Shown here: in pieces, positions 19,451-28,110 of the stretch
Layout: every line of letters begins with the position of its first letter
Position numbering within the stretch: position 1 is the first letter of the stretch
Source of the DNA: a virus
Taxonomy: Duplodnaviria > Caudoviricetes
Direction: 5' to 3' (one strand)
Virus record (IMG/VR): IMGVR_UViG_2565956641_000003
Span: 700 to 64,699 of that record
Length of the DNA: 64,000 bases
Position numbers and translations under genes: made by a program
The notes under the pieces: generated by a model
What the model saw: only the letters and a program-made list of their open reading frames with translations
Databases searched by the model: none
Told to the model about the DNA's origin: nothing

Positions 19451-19681
19451 TTACAAATATTTGCAAAATTCAATTTGTGTAAAAAAAGGATGACTACAAA
19501 AATTCTTAGTCGCAAAATACATAACTATCAAAAAAATAGTTCCTGCAATTAGCCCAAAATATCCTGTTATCTTCCAATTCACCACATCATCATTTCCACA
19601 ACGTCCACAATAGGAATAGTAGTGTTTAATGCGAGCACCGCAGTTTGGGCATTGTTTATGATTTATTAAATTATTACCCAT
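19451..19681 (-). CDS. Zinc-ribbon single-TM protein
   Basis: CPNCG...YCGRCG followed by a TM helix. Confidence 0.7.
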   Translation of the reverse strand: MGNNLINHKQCPNCGARIKHYYSYCGRCGNDDVVNWKITGYFGLIAGTIFLIVMYFATKNFCSHPFFTQIEFCKYL

Positions 19682-19682
19682 T

Positions 19683-20207
19683 TTATCCCACCCCTAAAAT
19701 TGATCTGTAAAGATCATCAGCTTGTTTTGCAACTAAAAAAAGCACAGCCATTGTTGGTGTCAGTAAAAAAATTATCGTGAGGATAAATTCTACGAATAAT
19801 ATTTTTTCACTTTTAAATACTAAGTTTAATGTAGTACATAAATGTCTGGACCATACTTTGAAGCTGTTTGGATTCTCACATGGTTTAAAACCATCTATGT
19901 TATTAATTTTATTTTGCATGTGATCACTACTTTTATTAGTAAAATCAATCATATTGCTTATGACCAAATAAAAAAACAGACAAGTTAAGGCTAATGTAGA
20001 ACACCAAAAAACTAGTGTTTTTCCCGAAAAATCTAGTTCAAATGATCGCACAGTAAATAGCACCCACACACTACCAACTAATACTTGTGGTGTTAAGTTC
20101 CTCATATACTCTAGGACTGCTTTACTCCCTTCAGAAGTAAATAAAAAAAGCTCTTTATTGCTCTTTTTTTTATCATTATCTTTTTCGTTCATAGAGATTA
20201 TCTCCAT
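19683..20207 (-). CDS. Membrane protein (about three TM segments)
   Basis: Hydrophobic segments; YMRNLTPQ motif. Confidence 0.7.
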   Translation of the reverse strand: MEIISMNEKDNDKKKSNKELFLFTSEGSKAVLEYMRNLTPQVLVGSVWVLFTVRSFELDFSGKTLVFWCSTLALTCLFFYLVISNMIDFTNKSSDHMQNKINNIDGFKPCENPNSFKVWSRHLCTTLNLVFKSEKILFVEFILTIIFLLTPTMAVLFLVAKQADDLYRSILGVG

Positions 20208-20255
20208 TGTTTATATTTGAGGTGCATAAGCATAAAATGCTTATGCACCAGATCA

Positions 20256-20408
20256 TTAAGTTGCACATGGAACTAAGAAAGCCCATGCTTCATACCCATA
20301 CTCACGCGCATCTAGCACTTTGCCAGAGTTGCCTCGTACTTTACGGAATCTACAAAAGATCCATTTCATGCCTTTCGGCGGTTCTTGAGTACCTAACTTC
20401 TTAAGCAC
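20256..20408 (-). CDS. 50-aa basic protein downstream of the ImmA/IrrE peptidase
   Basis: GTG start after GGAGGTGA; WIFCRFRKVRGNSGKVLDAREYGYEAWAFLVP. Confidence 0.65.
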   Translation of the reverse strand: MLKKLGTQEPPKGMKWIFCRFRKVRGNSGKVLDAREYGYEAWAFLVPCAT

Positions 20409-20564
20409 ATAGCTCACCTCCTCTCCCAAGGAGATTTGAAAAGCTAACTTAAATGATCTACAATGAAGTTCCTTACGCTTTATAGTAGTCATCTGAGTTA
20501 GCCGAATAGCCCTTGGGTGTACTATCCGAAACTGATATGAGAGATAACTTTCATATCAGTTTTT

Positions 20565-21104
20565 TCATTTTAAAGAATTAAATTTGTTTTTAGCTGCCAA
20601 GTAGCCTACTTGGAATTGAGCCTGAATCTGTTCAATTGTTAACCCAATACAAATCTCTGTCGGCATTAAGAATTCAGCTGCAAACATATCGGCTTGCCAT
20701 TCTGAGTCTTCAAAATGTTTATGAGTAGGCAACGATCCTCGTGCAAAAGCAACGCCCTCATGAAGAAACAAATGTCCTAATTCATGTGCAGCAGTAAAAC
20801 GCGCACGATTATGCATTGGATTGGTAGAATCACATAAAGCGTCATAGACATCTTCACGTAGAATAACTAAAGATGCATCTGGGTTTGTCCACCCCTCAAC
20901 ATCAGGCATCTCGTGAATTTCTCTAACTTCAAATGTCACCTTATATTGATGCAATGTATGTTCAAGAATTCTCACCAAATCAATGGCATCAGCAGGTAAT
21001 AAATTGAAAAACTTATCTCGTACTGTGCGAGCTTTATCCTTGATGCTTTGTGCGCTCAGGGGGCGAACTTTATACCCCCTAGGCACTGAACAACCAGATG
21101 ACAT
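20565..21104 (-). CDS. ImmA/IrrE-family Zn metallopeptidase
   Basis: RARFTAAHELGHLFLH ... EWQADMFAAEFLMP. Confidence 0.92.
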   Translation of the reverse strand: MSSGCSVPRGYKVRPLSAQSIKDKARTVRDKFFNLLPADAIDLVRILEHTLHQYKVTFEVREIHEMPDVEGWTNPDASLVILREDVYDALCDSTNPMHNRARFTAAHELGHLFLHEGVAFARGSLPTHKHFEDSEWQADMFAAEFLMPTEICIGLTIEQIQAQFQVGYLAAKNKFNSLK

Positions 21105-21107
21105 ATA

Positions 21108-21464
21108 TTAATTCCCCTCTAAGATTTTTCTCAGTTCAGCTAAATCAACCGACTGTGTTTGAATACGTCGTGCAAACATTAATGCAAGTTCCGCTTCTTC
21201 AGCATCATGCGTTTTGATTGTTACGTTTTCTACACTTTGGCTTGCAGCATGAGTTAACAGCTTTTCTTCATCATTCGTCAGTCCTAGAGCATTTGTAATT
21301 TTTGTAATTAATTCAGCACTTATTGGCTTTTTACCTGTTTCAACAGCTGATAAGAAAGCTGAACTAACACCAATAGAAGTCGCAAGTTCATTAAGATTGC
21401 TATCGTAATCAATCCGAAGCTTTCTAATTGCTTTTCCAAATTCTGTTAGTTTAGACATTTTCAA
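21108..21464 (-). CDS. Xre-family HTH regulator
   Basis: FGKAIRKLR...ELATSIGVSSAFLSAVETGKK. Confidence 0.9.
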   Translation of the reverse strand: MKMSKLTEFGKAIRKLRIDYDSNLNELATSIGVSSAFLSAVETGKKPISAELITKITNALGLTNDEEKLLTHAASQSVENVTIKTHDAEEAELALMFARRIQTQSVDLAELRKILEGN

Positions 21465-21769
21465 AACCCTATTGCGTCACTAATTCATTATTGAATAAGT
21501 GAATACTTTTTACAGTATTAGATCATGATAAACAAATTTTAAATTTTATTCAACACCAAGGATAAAATAATTAACCTTTAGGTTAATTTAAATTAGACCT
21601 TAAAACTATTGCTTTACTCAACCAATATTTTTATTCATATGCATTTTTAATAAATTTATAGTGATTGCTCTATAAATCGAGAGGTGTTTCTAAAATGGAA
21701 GTCAATTTAACCAAAGAAGATAGGCTTTATTTTCATTGAATTTAAAAAGCACCCTAGGGTGCTTTATAT

Positions 21770-22351
21770 TTATAAACCGCTAGTATCTTTATCACCCTTT
21801 TCTTTAAAACAGCTTGGCGAGTTTGATAGTTCATACGATAGTGTAACTTGTCCAGAATTTGGACCATTAGCACGCGCCTTAAGCATTATATTTTTAACTC
21901 CATTCTCTTCATTTGGCTCCCATGCTGCTACCAACGTTCGCTCCTCTTTATACAACCCCATTGTCCAGTCATTAGGTTCTTTCCAGATACTTCCAGACCT
22001 TAAAAAATTATAATCCCCAACAGGAGTACCATATTTTTCTGTAAGAGATTCTTTAATGGATGCAAACTCATCCTTAATACCATCCCCATAAACATTTGTT
22101 GTGATTGGCTTTCCCCAACCAAGTACTTTGCACAATCCATTTTGTGGTGTAATCAGCATTAGATAATCTTTAAAGGCTTTGTATGGTTTTGGAACATTTT
22201 TAAAAGAGTAATAATTCTTATCCAAAACCTCTGCAACACCACTAACCTTTTTGACTTCACTTAAGGACATCCCTGTTTTCAATCCGAAAGGTGCTTCAGC
22301 ATTTGCAAAACCTGATAAAGCCAGCAAACTAACTAAAACTATTCTTCTCAT
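21770..22351 (-). CDS. Exported hypothetical protein
   Basis: Signal peptide ending ANA; APFGLKTGMS and LTEKYG.P motifs. Confidence 0.75.
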   Translation of the reverse strand: MRRIVLVSLLALSGFANAEAPFGLKTGMSLSEVKKVSGVAEVLDKNYYSFKNVPKPYKAFKDYLMLITPQNGLCKVLGWGKPITTNVYGDGIKDEFASIKESLTEKYGTPVGDYNFLRSGSIWKEPNDWTMGLYKEERTLVAAWEPNEENGVKNIMLKARANGPNSGQVTLSYELSNSPSCFKEKGDKDTSGL

Positions 22352-22521
22352 AATGTAACTACTTTGTTAATTCTCGTAACTATATTAACAGAAGTAATTT
22401 GAATAAACATTAGGCGAAAGTAGGAAAACCACTGTATGTCAGTTTGACACAATAGAATACTTTCTAGTAATGAACAGAACTCTGAATTCACAGTAGGGCT
22501 TTAAAAGTGTAAATCAGCAAA

Positions 22522-22590
22522 AAAGTGTGATTTTTTGCCCTGCCCCTAACTCAAGTTTTAAGAGTTTAGGGCAAGGAGTGATTTGGTTGA
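22522..22590 (-). pseudogene. Second o-spanin-like fragment, homologous to 1109-1160
   Basis: Shared AAGTGTGAT..TTTGCCCTGCCC..ACTCAAGTTTTAAGAGTTT; frame NQITPCPKLLKLELG. Confidence 0.55.
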
Positions 22591-22628
22591 TTCTATGATA
22601 AGTTATTCAAAGTTACGCAAAAGTCGTA

Positions 22629-23237
22629 TTATATTAATTTTGCTGACTTTTTACTTTCCCCACCTTTAAAGAAGGCTAACTCTAATGCTCTGTATCCTGA
22701 GATCTTATATCCAACTTTGTCTACCATTAATTTATAAAACTTGGCAAAAGTATCTTCAGCTTTCAAATTTTCAAGAAGGTCTAAATATTGAAGGTAGATT
22801 TTAGGATCCTGTAATCTATAGTTATGTGGTTCTTTACGACTTAAAAATCTAAAAACCCTACTATCCCAAATCGCATATTGTTCTGGATTAATGAAATGTA
22901 ATAATTTTGATGTTCCTACAAGGGAGCTATTAAATGAATCTTTTAAGATCAAAAGCTCTTTAGCAGTGATGATATTACCTTTTTTAATTCTGTTAAAAAT
23001 TACAACTAGATCATCGGCATTTTTTAGATCAATTTCTTTTAAAATCGTTGGCATCCATGAATAAGTAAAACTTATTCCTATAACAATATGATCTAATTCA
23101 ATAGTATCTATTTTCTTAAAGAAATTAAGAAAATAGGAGTAGGCTAAAAGATAATTTTCGTTATCTTTATCAAAATTATTAGCAATATCAATAATTTCAT
23201 TAAAAATTTTTTCATTATTTTTTAATGTTATAGACAC
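22629..23237 (-). CDS. HhH DNA-glycosylase-like protein (DUF6308-like)
   Basis: SLVGTSKLLHFINPEQYAIWDSRV ... YRALELAFF. Confidence 0.55.
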   Translation of the reverse strand: MSITLKNNEKIFNEIIDIANNFDKDNENYLLAYSYFLNFFKKIDTIELDHIVIGISFTYSWMPTILKEIDLKNADDLVVIFNRIKKGNIITAKELLILKDSFNSSLVGTSKLLHFINPEQYAIWDSRVFRFLSRKEPHNYRLQDPKIYLQYLDLLENLKAEDTFAKFYKLMVDKVGYKISGYRALELAFFKGGESKKSAKLI

Positions 23238-23409
23238 TTTTATCTACCTGAATATAAATTTGTGTAAGTAGTTTAACCTTTTTAAATAACTAAATTAACA
23301 TAATGGGCGTTAAGTCAGCCCTCACTCAGAGGGCCATGCTTCAATTAATCTTTGAAAAATTGAGTTACCCCTATCTATACATCATAGAGGTGTCTTGAGT
23401 AGTAGAATT

Positions 23410-24072
23410 CTAAGCATTATTAATTTCCAATAACTTAATATTATCTATAGACTGATTAATATTCGCAAATTCAACATCATTGATTCGGTTAGCAACCTCA
23501 TCGTACTCACCTTCGACAATTGAGATATGAGTTAAGAAATCAATCAATAATTCAATTTGTCTTTTGCTAAAATAAGCTAATAATTCTGAAATCAACCTAT
23601 AACTATTGGCCCTTTTCAAACGAGATGACCATGATGAAAAGCTATTTGAAAACAATATATGAGGATCTTTTACATTATTATTGAAATCAGCGTCATTTAA
23701 AACACAATTCATAATTGCAGGAGTGTAAAATAAATATGCTTGAGGTGCTAAAAAACTAAATCCTGTAGCGCAACGTTCCAGATAAACACAAGGTATTTCA
23801 AATGGATCATTATAACGATTCAACATTCTTCTTTTTTCTTTAATTGCATCAATCGCTTCTTGACGATCCTCTGGAAGCCAACTACCGGTATCAATAAAAT
23901 GGATTTCTTGATTAATCCATTCTTCCTCAGTTAAATTTAAGTCAGTATGCGGTTTATCGAAATGCCAATAGCTAGTATCTGCATAGTCTTCTTCTGGAAG
24001 AGTATAGGCGTCACCTAAAGTTACATTTTTAAATTCCAGCTTTATTTGTTGTAATAAATTTTCAGTATTCAT
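23410..24072 (-). CDS. Putative immunity protein (DUF6714-like) for 24074-25192
   Basis: IKLEFKNVTLG...FSFLAPQAYLFYTPAIM pattern; starts 1 nt after the toxin stop. Confidence 0.65.
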   Translation of the reverse strand: MNTENLLQQIKLEFKNVTLGDAYTLPEEDYADTSYWHFDKPHTDLNLTEEEWINQEIHFIDTGSWLPEDRQEAIDAIKEKRRMLNRYNDPFEIPCVYLERCATGFSFLAPQAYLFYTPAIMNCVLNDADFNNNVKDPHILFSNSFSSWSSRLKRANSYRLISELLAYFSKRQIELLIDFLTHISIVEGEYDEVANRINDVEFANINQSIDNIKLLEINNA

Positions 24073-24073
24073 G

Positions 24074-25192
24074 TTATTGACCTAATAATCCTAAATATTC
24101 ATTACACTCAGCAGCTACTTTTTTTGCCTCTATTGCTTCCAGAATATGGTTTTGATGTGGAGGAGTCCAGCAAGCATTCTCTTCGTCTCGGGCTTTTCCT
24201 AATTCAGAATAAGCTGCATATCTTGTTAGTAATTGACTTGAATTCATATTTTTTTCACACTTTTTCAAACCACCAACAACTTCCTTGGCGTAAACAACAC
24301 GACCTCTTATAGTAGGGCGTGATCCAATTGGGCATATCCAACATTGACCATATATATTACGTGATTCACCATTTGGACATTTTTCAGAATTCCTCTCCAG
24401 TTCATCCTCTATTTCTTTAGCTTTTGTAGCATCATTCTCCGCTTCACTAACTATTGCTTGGGCTGCTGCTAATGTAACAGCTTGAGCATCCGTATTTCCC
24501 GATTGTGCGTTGTTGATGATTTCTTGGGAGACTACGTCGAGTGGGAGGGTTTTTTCTTCTGTTTTTTTAATTTTTATAATATCAAAACCAAAATCCACAG
24601 CATAAACAGGAGAATATGTATAGATCCAACAAGTTCCATAGGTTCCATTTGAAGAAATAGTTATATTTCTAAGTGATGAATCTGGGTATGCTTCAGATTT
24701 AACTTTATTTAAGCGCCATGAACAATACTCTTCCGCTGTATCAAATAATGAATCACCAAGCCCTTTGTATTGTATTATACCTTCAATTTCGGTTTTGAAT
24801 TTAACACTATTGTTCTCTGGGTCCATCACCCAATCGATGCCATCCAAAAGCTCATTGACCGCAAATGTAAGAGCTGCACCACCGAGACCTGCTCGAAGTA
24901 TTTTTGAAACTTGCGAAACATTTGGAGTGATTAATGCTTTAGATTCGGTAGAAACCCCACCTATAATTCTATTTGCATTTAGAACTGTTGAAGCACCCTC
25001 AGAAGCATAACCATTAACTACCCACTGTCCAAAAGATGCTACTGGAGCACTCATTGTTCTTGCAGATGCAGCCTTATAATAGTTAAAAGATGCTGGTGAA
25101 CTTTGTAATGTCGATTGAGATGTATCGTTTTGGTCTGATTCACCACAACCAGTCAAACCCAAAAGAACTGCTAAAAATAATAATTTTTTCAT
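24074..25192 (-). CDS. Lipoprotein polymorphic toxin candidate 2 (shared TspB-like region, Ntox16-like C-terminus)
   Basis: Lipobox LTGC; blocks shared with 13321-14370; Cys-rich helical tip AR....ACW...H..H......AAEC. Confidence 0.7.
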   Translation of the reverse strand: MKKLLFLAVLLGLTGCGESDQNDTSQSTLQSSPASFNYYKAASARTMSAPVASFGQWVVNGYASEGASTVLNANRIIGGVSTESKALITPNVSQVSKILRAGLGGAALTFAVNELLDGIDWVMDPENNSVKFKTEIEGIIQYKGLGDSLFDTAEEYCSWRLNKVKSEAYPDSSLRNITISSNGTYGTCWIYTYSPVYAVDFGFDIIKIKKTEEKTLPLDVVSQEIINNAQSGNTDAQAVTLAAAQAIVSEAENDATKAKEIEDELERNSEKCPNGESRNIYGQCWICPIGSRPTIRGRVVYAKEVVGGLKKCEKNMNSSQLLTRYAAYSELGKARDEENACWTPPHQNHILEAIEAKKVAAECNEYLGLLGQ

Positions 25193-25265
25193 TTATTTCC
25201 CCTTATTTTCAGATAGTTTATTTGACTTGTTGTTGAAAAACTATCTTAAGTTAAAGTTTAGTAAC

Positions 25266-25329
25266 GTCTCTTTTGCACAAAGCTGATATGAAAAACCCCC
25301 AATAGTTCGTAGCTACTGGGGTTTTGTTT
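25266..25329. repeat. Hairpin-containing direct repeat, copy 2
   Basis: About three differences from 17297-17359. Confidence 0.9.
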
Positions 25330-25388
25330 AGGGGGAAGATATTGTTGAGGGAGGTTTAGTTTGTTCGGTTTTTATTAGATTTAAAGTA

Positions 25389-25643
25389 TTACTCTACAGT
25401 CAATCCAAAGTTCTTGGTGATTACATTTAAAACTGTTCCAGATGGTTCTATAGAGAATGAACCTACTTTAAATCCTTCGATTTTAAAAGTTCCTTGCACT
25501 TCCGCACCTGATGGTGGATTAGCTAACCCCCTAGCGATAAATTTTCCAGTATTGGTTACGGTATTTACTTCCACTTCAACATCCGTCGTTTTAAATGTTC
25601 TTTTACTGGTAATCATGCTGTTTTCCTCACTATTATCAGCCAA
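25389..25643 (-). CDS. Hypothetical protein
   Basis: GAGG RBS before MITSKR. Confidence 0.5.
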   Translation of the reverse strand: MADNSEENSMITSKRTFKTTDVEVEVNTVTNTGKFIARGLANPPSGAEVQGTFKIEGFKVGSFSIEPSGTVLNVITKNFGLTVE

Positions 25644-25800
25644 CTTATTATAAGCAATAGTTTTTGGTTATGTCCAAAAGTTCATCGCCTAAATTAGACA
25701 TATTATTTCCTAACTTCAATCAAGTGTTTTAAATTGCTCAAACGCCATTAATTTTGATTATCGTCTACACGATTTTCTAAGCTGCCTATTCAGCAGTGAA

Positions 25801-26259
25801 CTACCACTCATTATCTGACTTGGTTATAGGTTTGTCAGAGGTGTTATTTTCAGCTAAAACTGTTTTTTTTAGTTTTTCTAAAAAATCATCTGCAGTTTTA
25901 CTCATTTCTTCACTTGCATCGTTTTTGTTTTTTCGAGCCTCTTCAAAAGCCTTAGGGTGTCTTAACTCCATAATAGCGAAAAACTCTTTCTCTTTACCCA
26001 CAGCAATAGCGGAAAACAATCCTCTCATTGAATCCAGCAACCCTGTAACATCATTCAGTCGCTCCTTAAGAAGAATCACTTCTTGATCACTTGTCTTTCC
26101 TTGGTTTTCAAAACTACTTTCCAAGCGAGCAATAACATCCGCATTTATTGAACGCCCTAAATTAGATGCTGATTCCGTAATCTTATCTTTTAATTCAATT
26201 GGTAATCTGATTTTTAACTGTGGATCTTCTCTACTCATGTCTATAACCATATACCGCAA
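25801..26259 (-). CDS. Arc/Mnt-family ribbon-helix-helix repressor (Mnt-like)
   Basis: MSREDPQLKIRLP.ELKDKI...A...GRSINADVIARLESSF. Confidence 0.88.
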   Translation of the reverse strand: MRYMVIDMSREDPQLKIRLPIELKDKITESASNLGRSINADVIARLESSFENQGKTSDQEVILLKERLNDVTGLLDSMRGLFSAIAVGKEKEFFAIMELRHPKAFEEARKNKNDASEEMSKTADDFLEKLKKTVLAENNTSDKPITKSDNEW

Positions 26260-26278
26260 AACCGTAATGCTTATTGTA

Positions 26279-26351
26279 TACCACCGTGGGGTATTGACAA
26301 TAGAACCACCGTGGTTTAAATTAATTTCAATTAAACCACGGTGGTTTAATT
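26279..26351. promoter_or_regulatory. Divergent promoter region with three CCAC(C/G)GTGG operators
   Basis: Sites at 26281, 26306 and 26336; TTGACA 26294-26299, 17 bp, TAAATT. Confidence 0.75.
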
Positions 26352-26373
26352 AAAGTTCATGTAAGGAGTAAAT

Positions 26374-26538
26374 ATGATTTCTGAAACAACACAACCTTCA
26401 CAAATGAAAATACGAGTCTTAGATTCAGATGATCATGCTTGGCTTAAGCAACATGCTGAAAACACCGACAGATCAATTAATTACATCGTTAACCAAGCTA
26501 TAAAACTATATAAGCAAATAAAAGGAACAGAAGCATGA
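26374..26538 (+). CDS. Unannotated 54-aa Arc-like RHH protein
   Basis: AAGGAG RBS; QMKIRV.....HAWLKQHAENTDRSINYIVNQAI; ATGA overlap with the antirepressor gene. Confidence 0.8.
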   Translation: MISETTQPSQMKIRVLDSDDHAWLKQHAENTDRSINYIVNQAIKLYKQIKGTEA

Positions 26539-27302
26539 GCAATCTATCTATTTTTAACTTCAATCAAAATGAAGTGCGTACCATTGTAAGAGATGGTGGT
26601 GATATTTGGTTTGTGGCATCAGATGTAGCTAACGCTCTAGATTATCGTGATGCTAGTAATATGATTCGTAATTTAGATAGCGATGAATCTGCTACTCACA
26701 ATCTGAGTATCAGATCTGAGAACGGCATAGAGCAAATTCGTGAAGTTGCAATCATCAATGAATCAGGCCTTTATTCTGCAACCTTAAAAAGCCGAAAACC
26801 CGAAGCTAAGTCTTTTAAAAAATGGATCACTTCTGTAGTTCTACCAAGCATTCGTAAAAATGGTGGTTATATTGCTGGTCAAGAGAATGACGATCCTGAG
26901 TTAATAATAGCTAAGGCTTTGCAAGTTGCTAACAATGTGATTATTCGAAAGACTCAAGAATTACAGCAAGCGCTAACTGAACGTGATCATGCAATCGAAA
27001 CAAAAGCTCATATCAGTGACAAGAAAACTGCAACAGCAATGGCTACTGCATCCGTTAAGAGTAGACAAGCAGAAGCACTTAAAGAACAGTTGGGCGAATC
27101 TAAAAACTACGCATCAATTAAAGCTGTAGAAATTAAGACTGGTGGAAAATATGGCTGGCACAAATTGAAAAAATGGTGTGAAGCTAAGGGTAAGAAAATT
27201 AAAGATATTGCTGATCCAAATTTTGGAACTGTAAAGATTTATCCAAGGGAAGCTTGGGAAGCTGTATACGGGATAAAACTTAATTCTATTTTTCAGGCAT
27301 AA
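26535..27302 (+). CDS. BRO-N domain antirepressor
   Basis: WFVASDVA.AL, INESGLY and SRKPEAKSFKKWITSVVLPSIRKNGGY motifs. Confidence 0.9.
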   Translation: MSNLSIFNFNQNEVRTIVRDGGDIWFVASDVANALDYRDASNMIRNLDSDESATHNLSIRSENGIEQIREVAIINESGLYSATLKSRKPEAKSFKKWITSVVLPSIRKNGGYIAGQENDDPELIIAKALQVANNVIIRKTQELQQALTERDHAIETKAHISDKKTATAMATASVKSRQAEALKEQLGESKNYASIKAVEIKTGGKYGWHKLKKWCEAKGKKIKDIADPNFGTVKIYPREAWEAVYGIKLNSIFQA

Positions 27303-27303
27303 C

Positions 27304-27666
27304 ATGAACAATATTTCAGACACAAAAAAACCTTGTCCGACTACCAATCTAAACAAGGTTTATCTGTGCCCCAAAGGACTACAAACTATGCACACTATAG
27401 CATCACTCGAACCAGAACCACAAGAACCTAAGAAATTTAGGAAAGATAATATGCAAGCGGACTTACACACTACTGCTACAAAACTCGATGAGATGGCAAA
27501 TTTATTCTCCATTATCAAATCTTTGATTGAAAACAAAGGGAAGTTCACAGATCAACAAGTTAAGCAACTTGCTGAAACAGGCATGTATATTTGCGAAGAC
27601 TGGTCAGATCAAGTCACAAGAATGGAAACACTCTTAACACAAGAACATAAACTTTATTATCATTGA
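27304..27666 (+). CDS. Hypothetical protein (start uncertain)
   Basis: ORF directly after the antirepressor. Confidence 0.55.
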   Translation: MNNISDTKKPCPTTNLNKVYLCPKGLQTMHTIASLEPEPQEPKKFRKDNMQADLHTTATKLDEMANLFSIIKSLIENKGKFTDQQVKQLAETGMYICEDWSDQVTRMETLLTQEHKLYYH

Positions 27667-27699
27667 TCGAGTTAAAAAAACAGGGCTTTTGTCCTGTTT

Positions 27700-28110
27700 T
27701 TAATTTTTAAATTCTTTTTCACAATAAGGTGAGGCGTTTGATAAGGAATTGTCAGGTTTGTATTGATAAGTTGCCCCACCAAAATACGATACTTTCAAAG
27801 TTAAAGAAGATGCATCATTTTTAATAATAGTTTGCTTTAAACCATTTTGCATAAACAGTGTATCCCCATTGATTTTAAACTTCTCTAATGTGTCTTTGCC
27901 ATTATAGCTAGCACACATCAACCCTGTACCATCATTATTAAACTTAATTGTGACAAGATAAGGACCATTATTACCAGACCAAAAACCTTTTAAATTCGTG
28001 CTGGTGGGTTGAACATTAGTAAAGTTATTATTCGTCATTTCAGAAACAGGACTTACGCAGCCAACTAAGCCAACTACGACACCCAATCCTAATATAATTT
28101 TCTTCATCAC
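27700..28110 (-). CDS. Lipoprotein moron
   Basis: Lipobox LVGC; beta-rich mature domain. Confidence 0.8.
   Translation of the reverse strand: MMKKIILGLGVVVGLVGCVSPVSEMTNNNFTNVQPTSTNLKGFWSGNNGPYLVTIKFNNDGTGLMCASYNGKDTLEKFKINGDTLFMQNGLKQTIIKNDASSLTLKVSYFGGATYQYKPDNSLSNASPYCEKEFKN

Noticed and set aside
13321-25192. Inserted filamentous prophage
   Set aside because: Only TspB-like domains are present; no zot, rolling-circle rep or coat genes.
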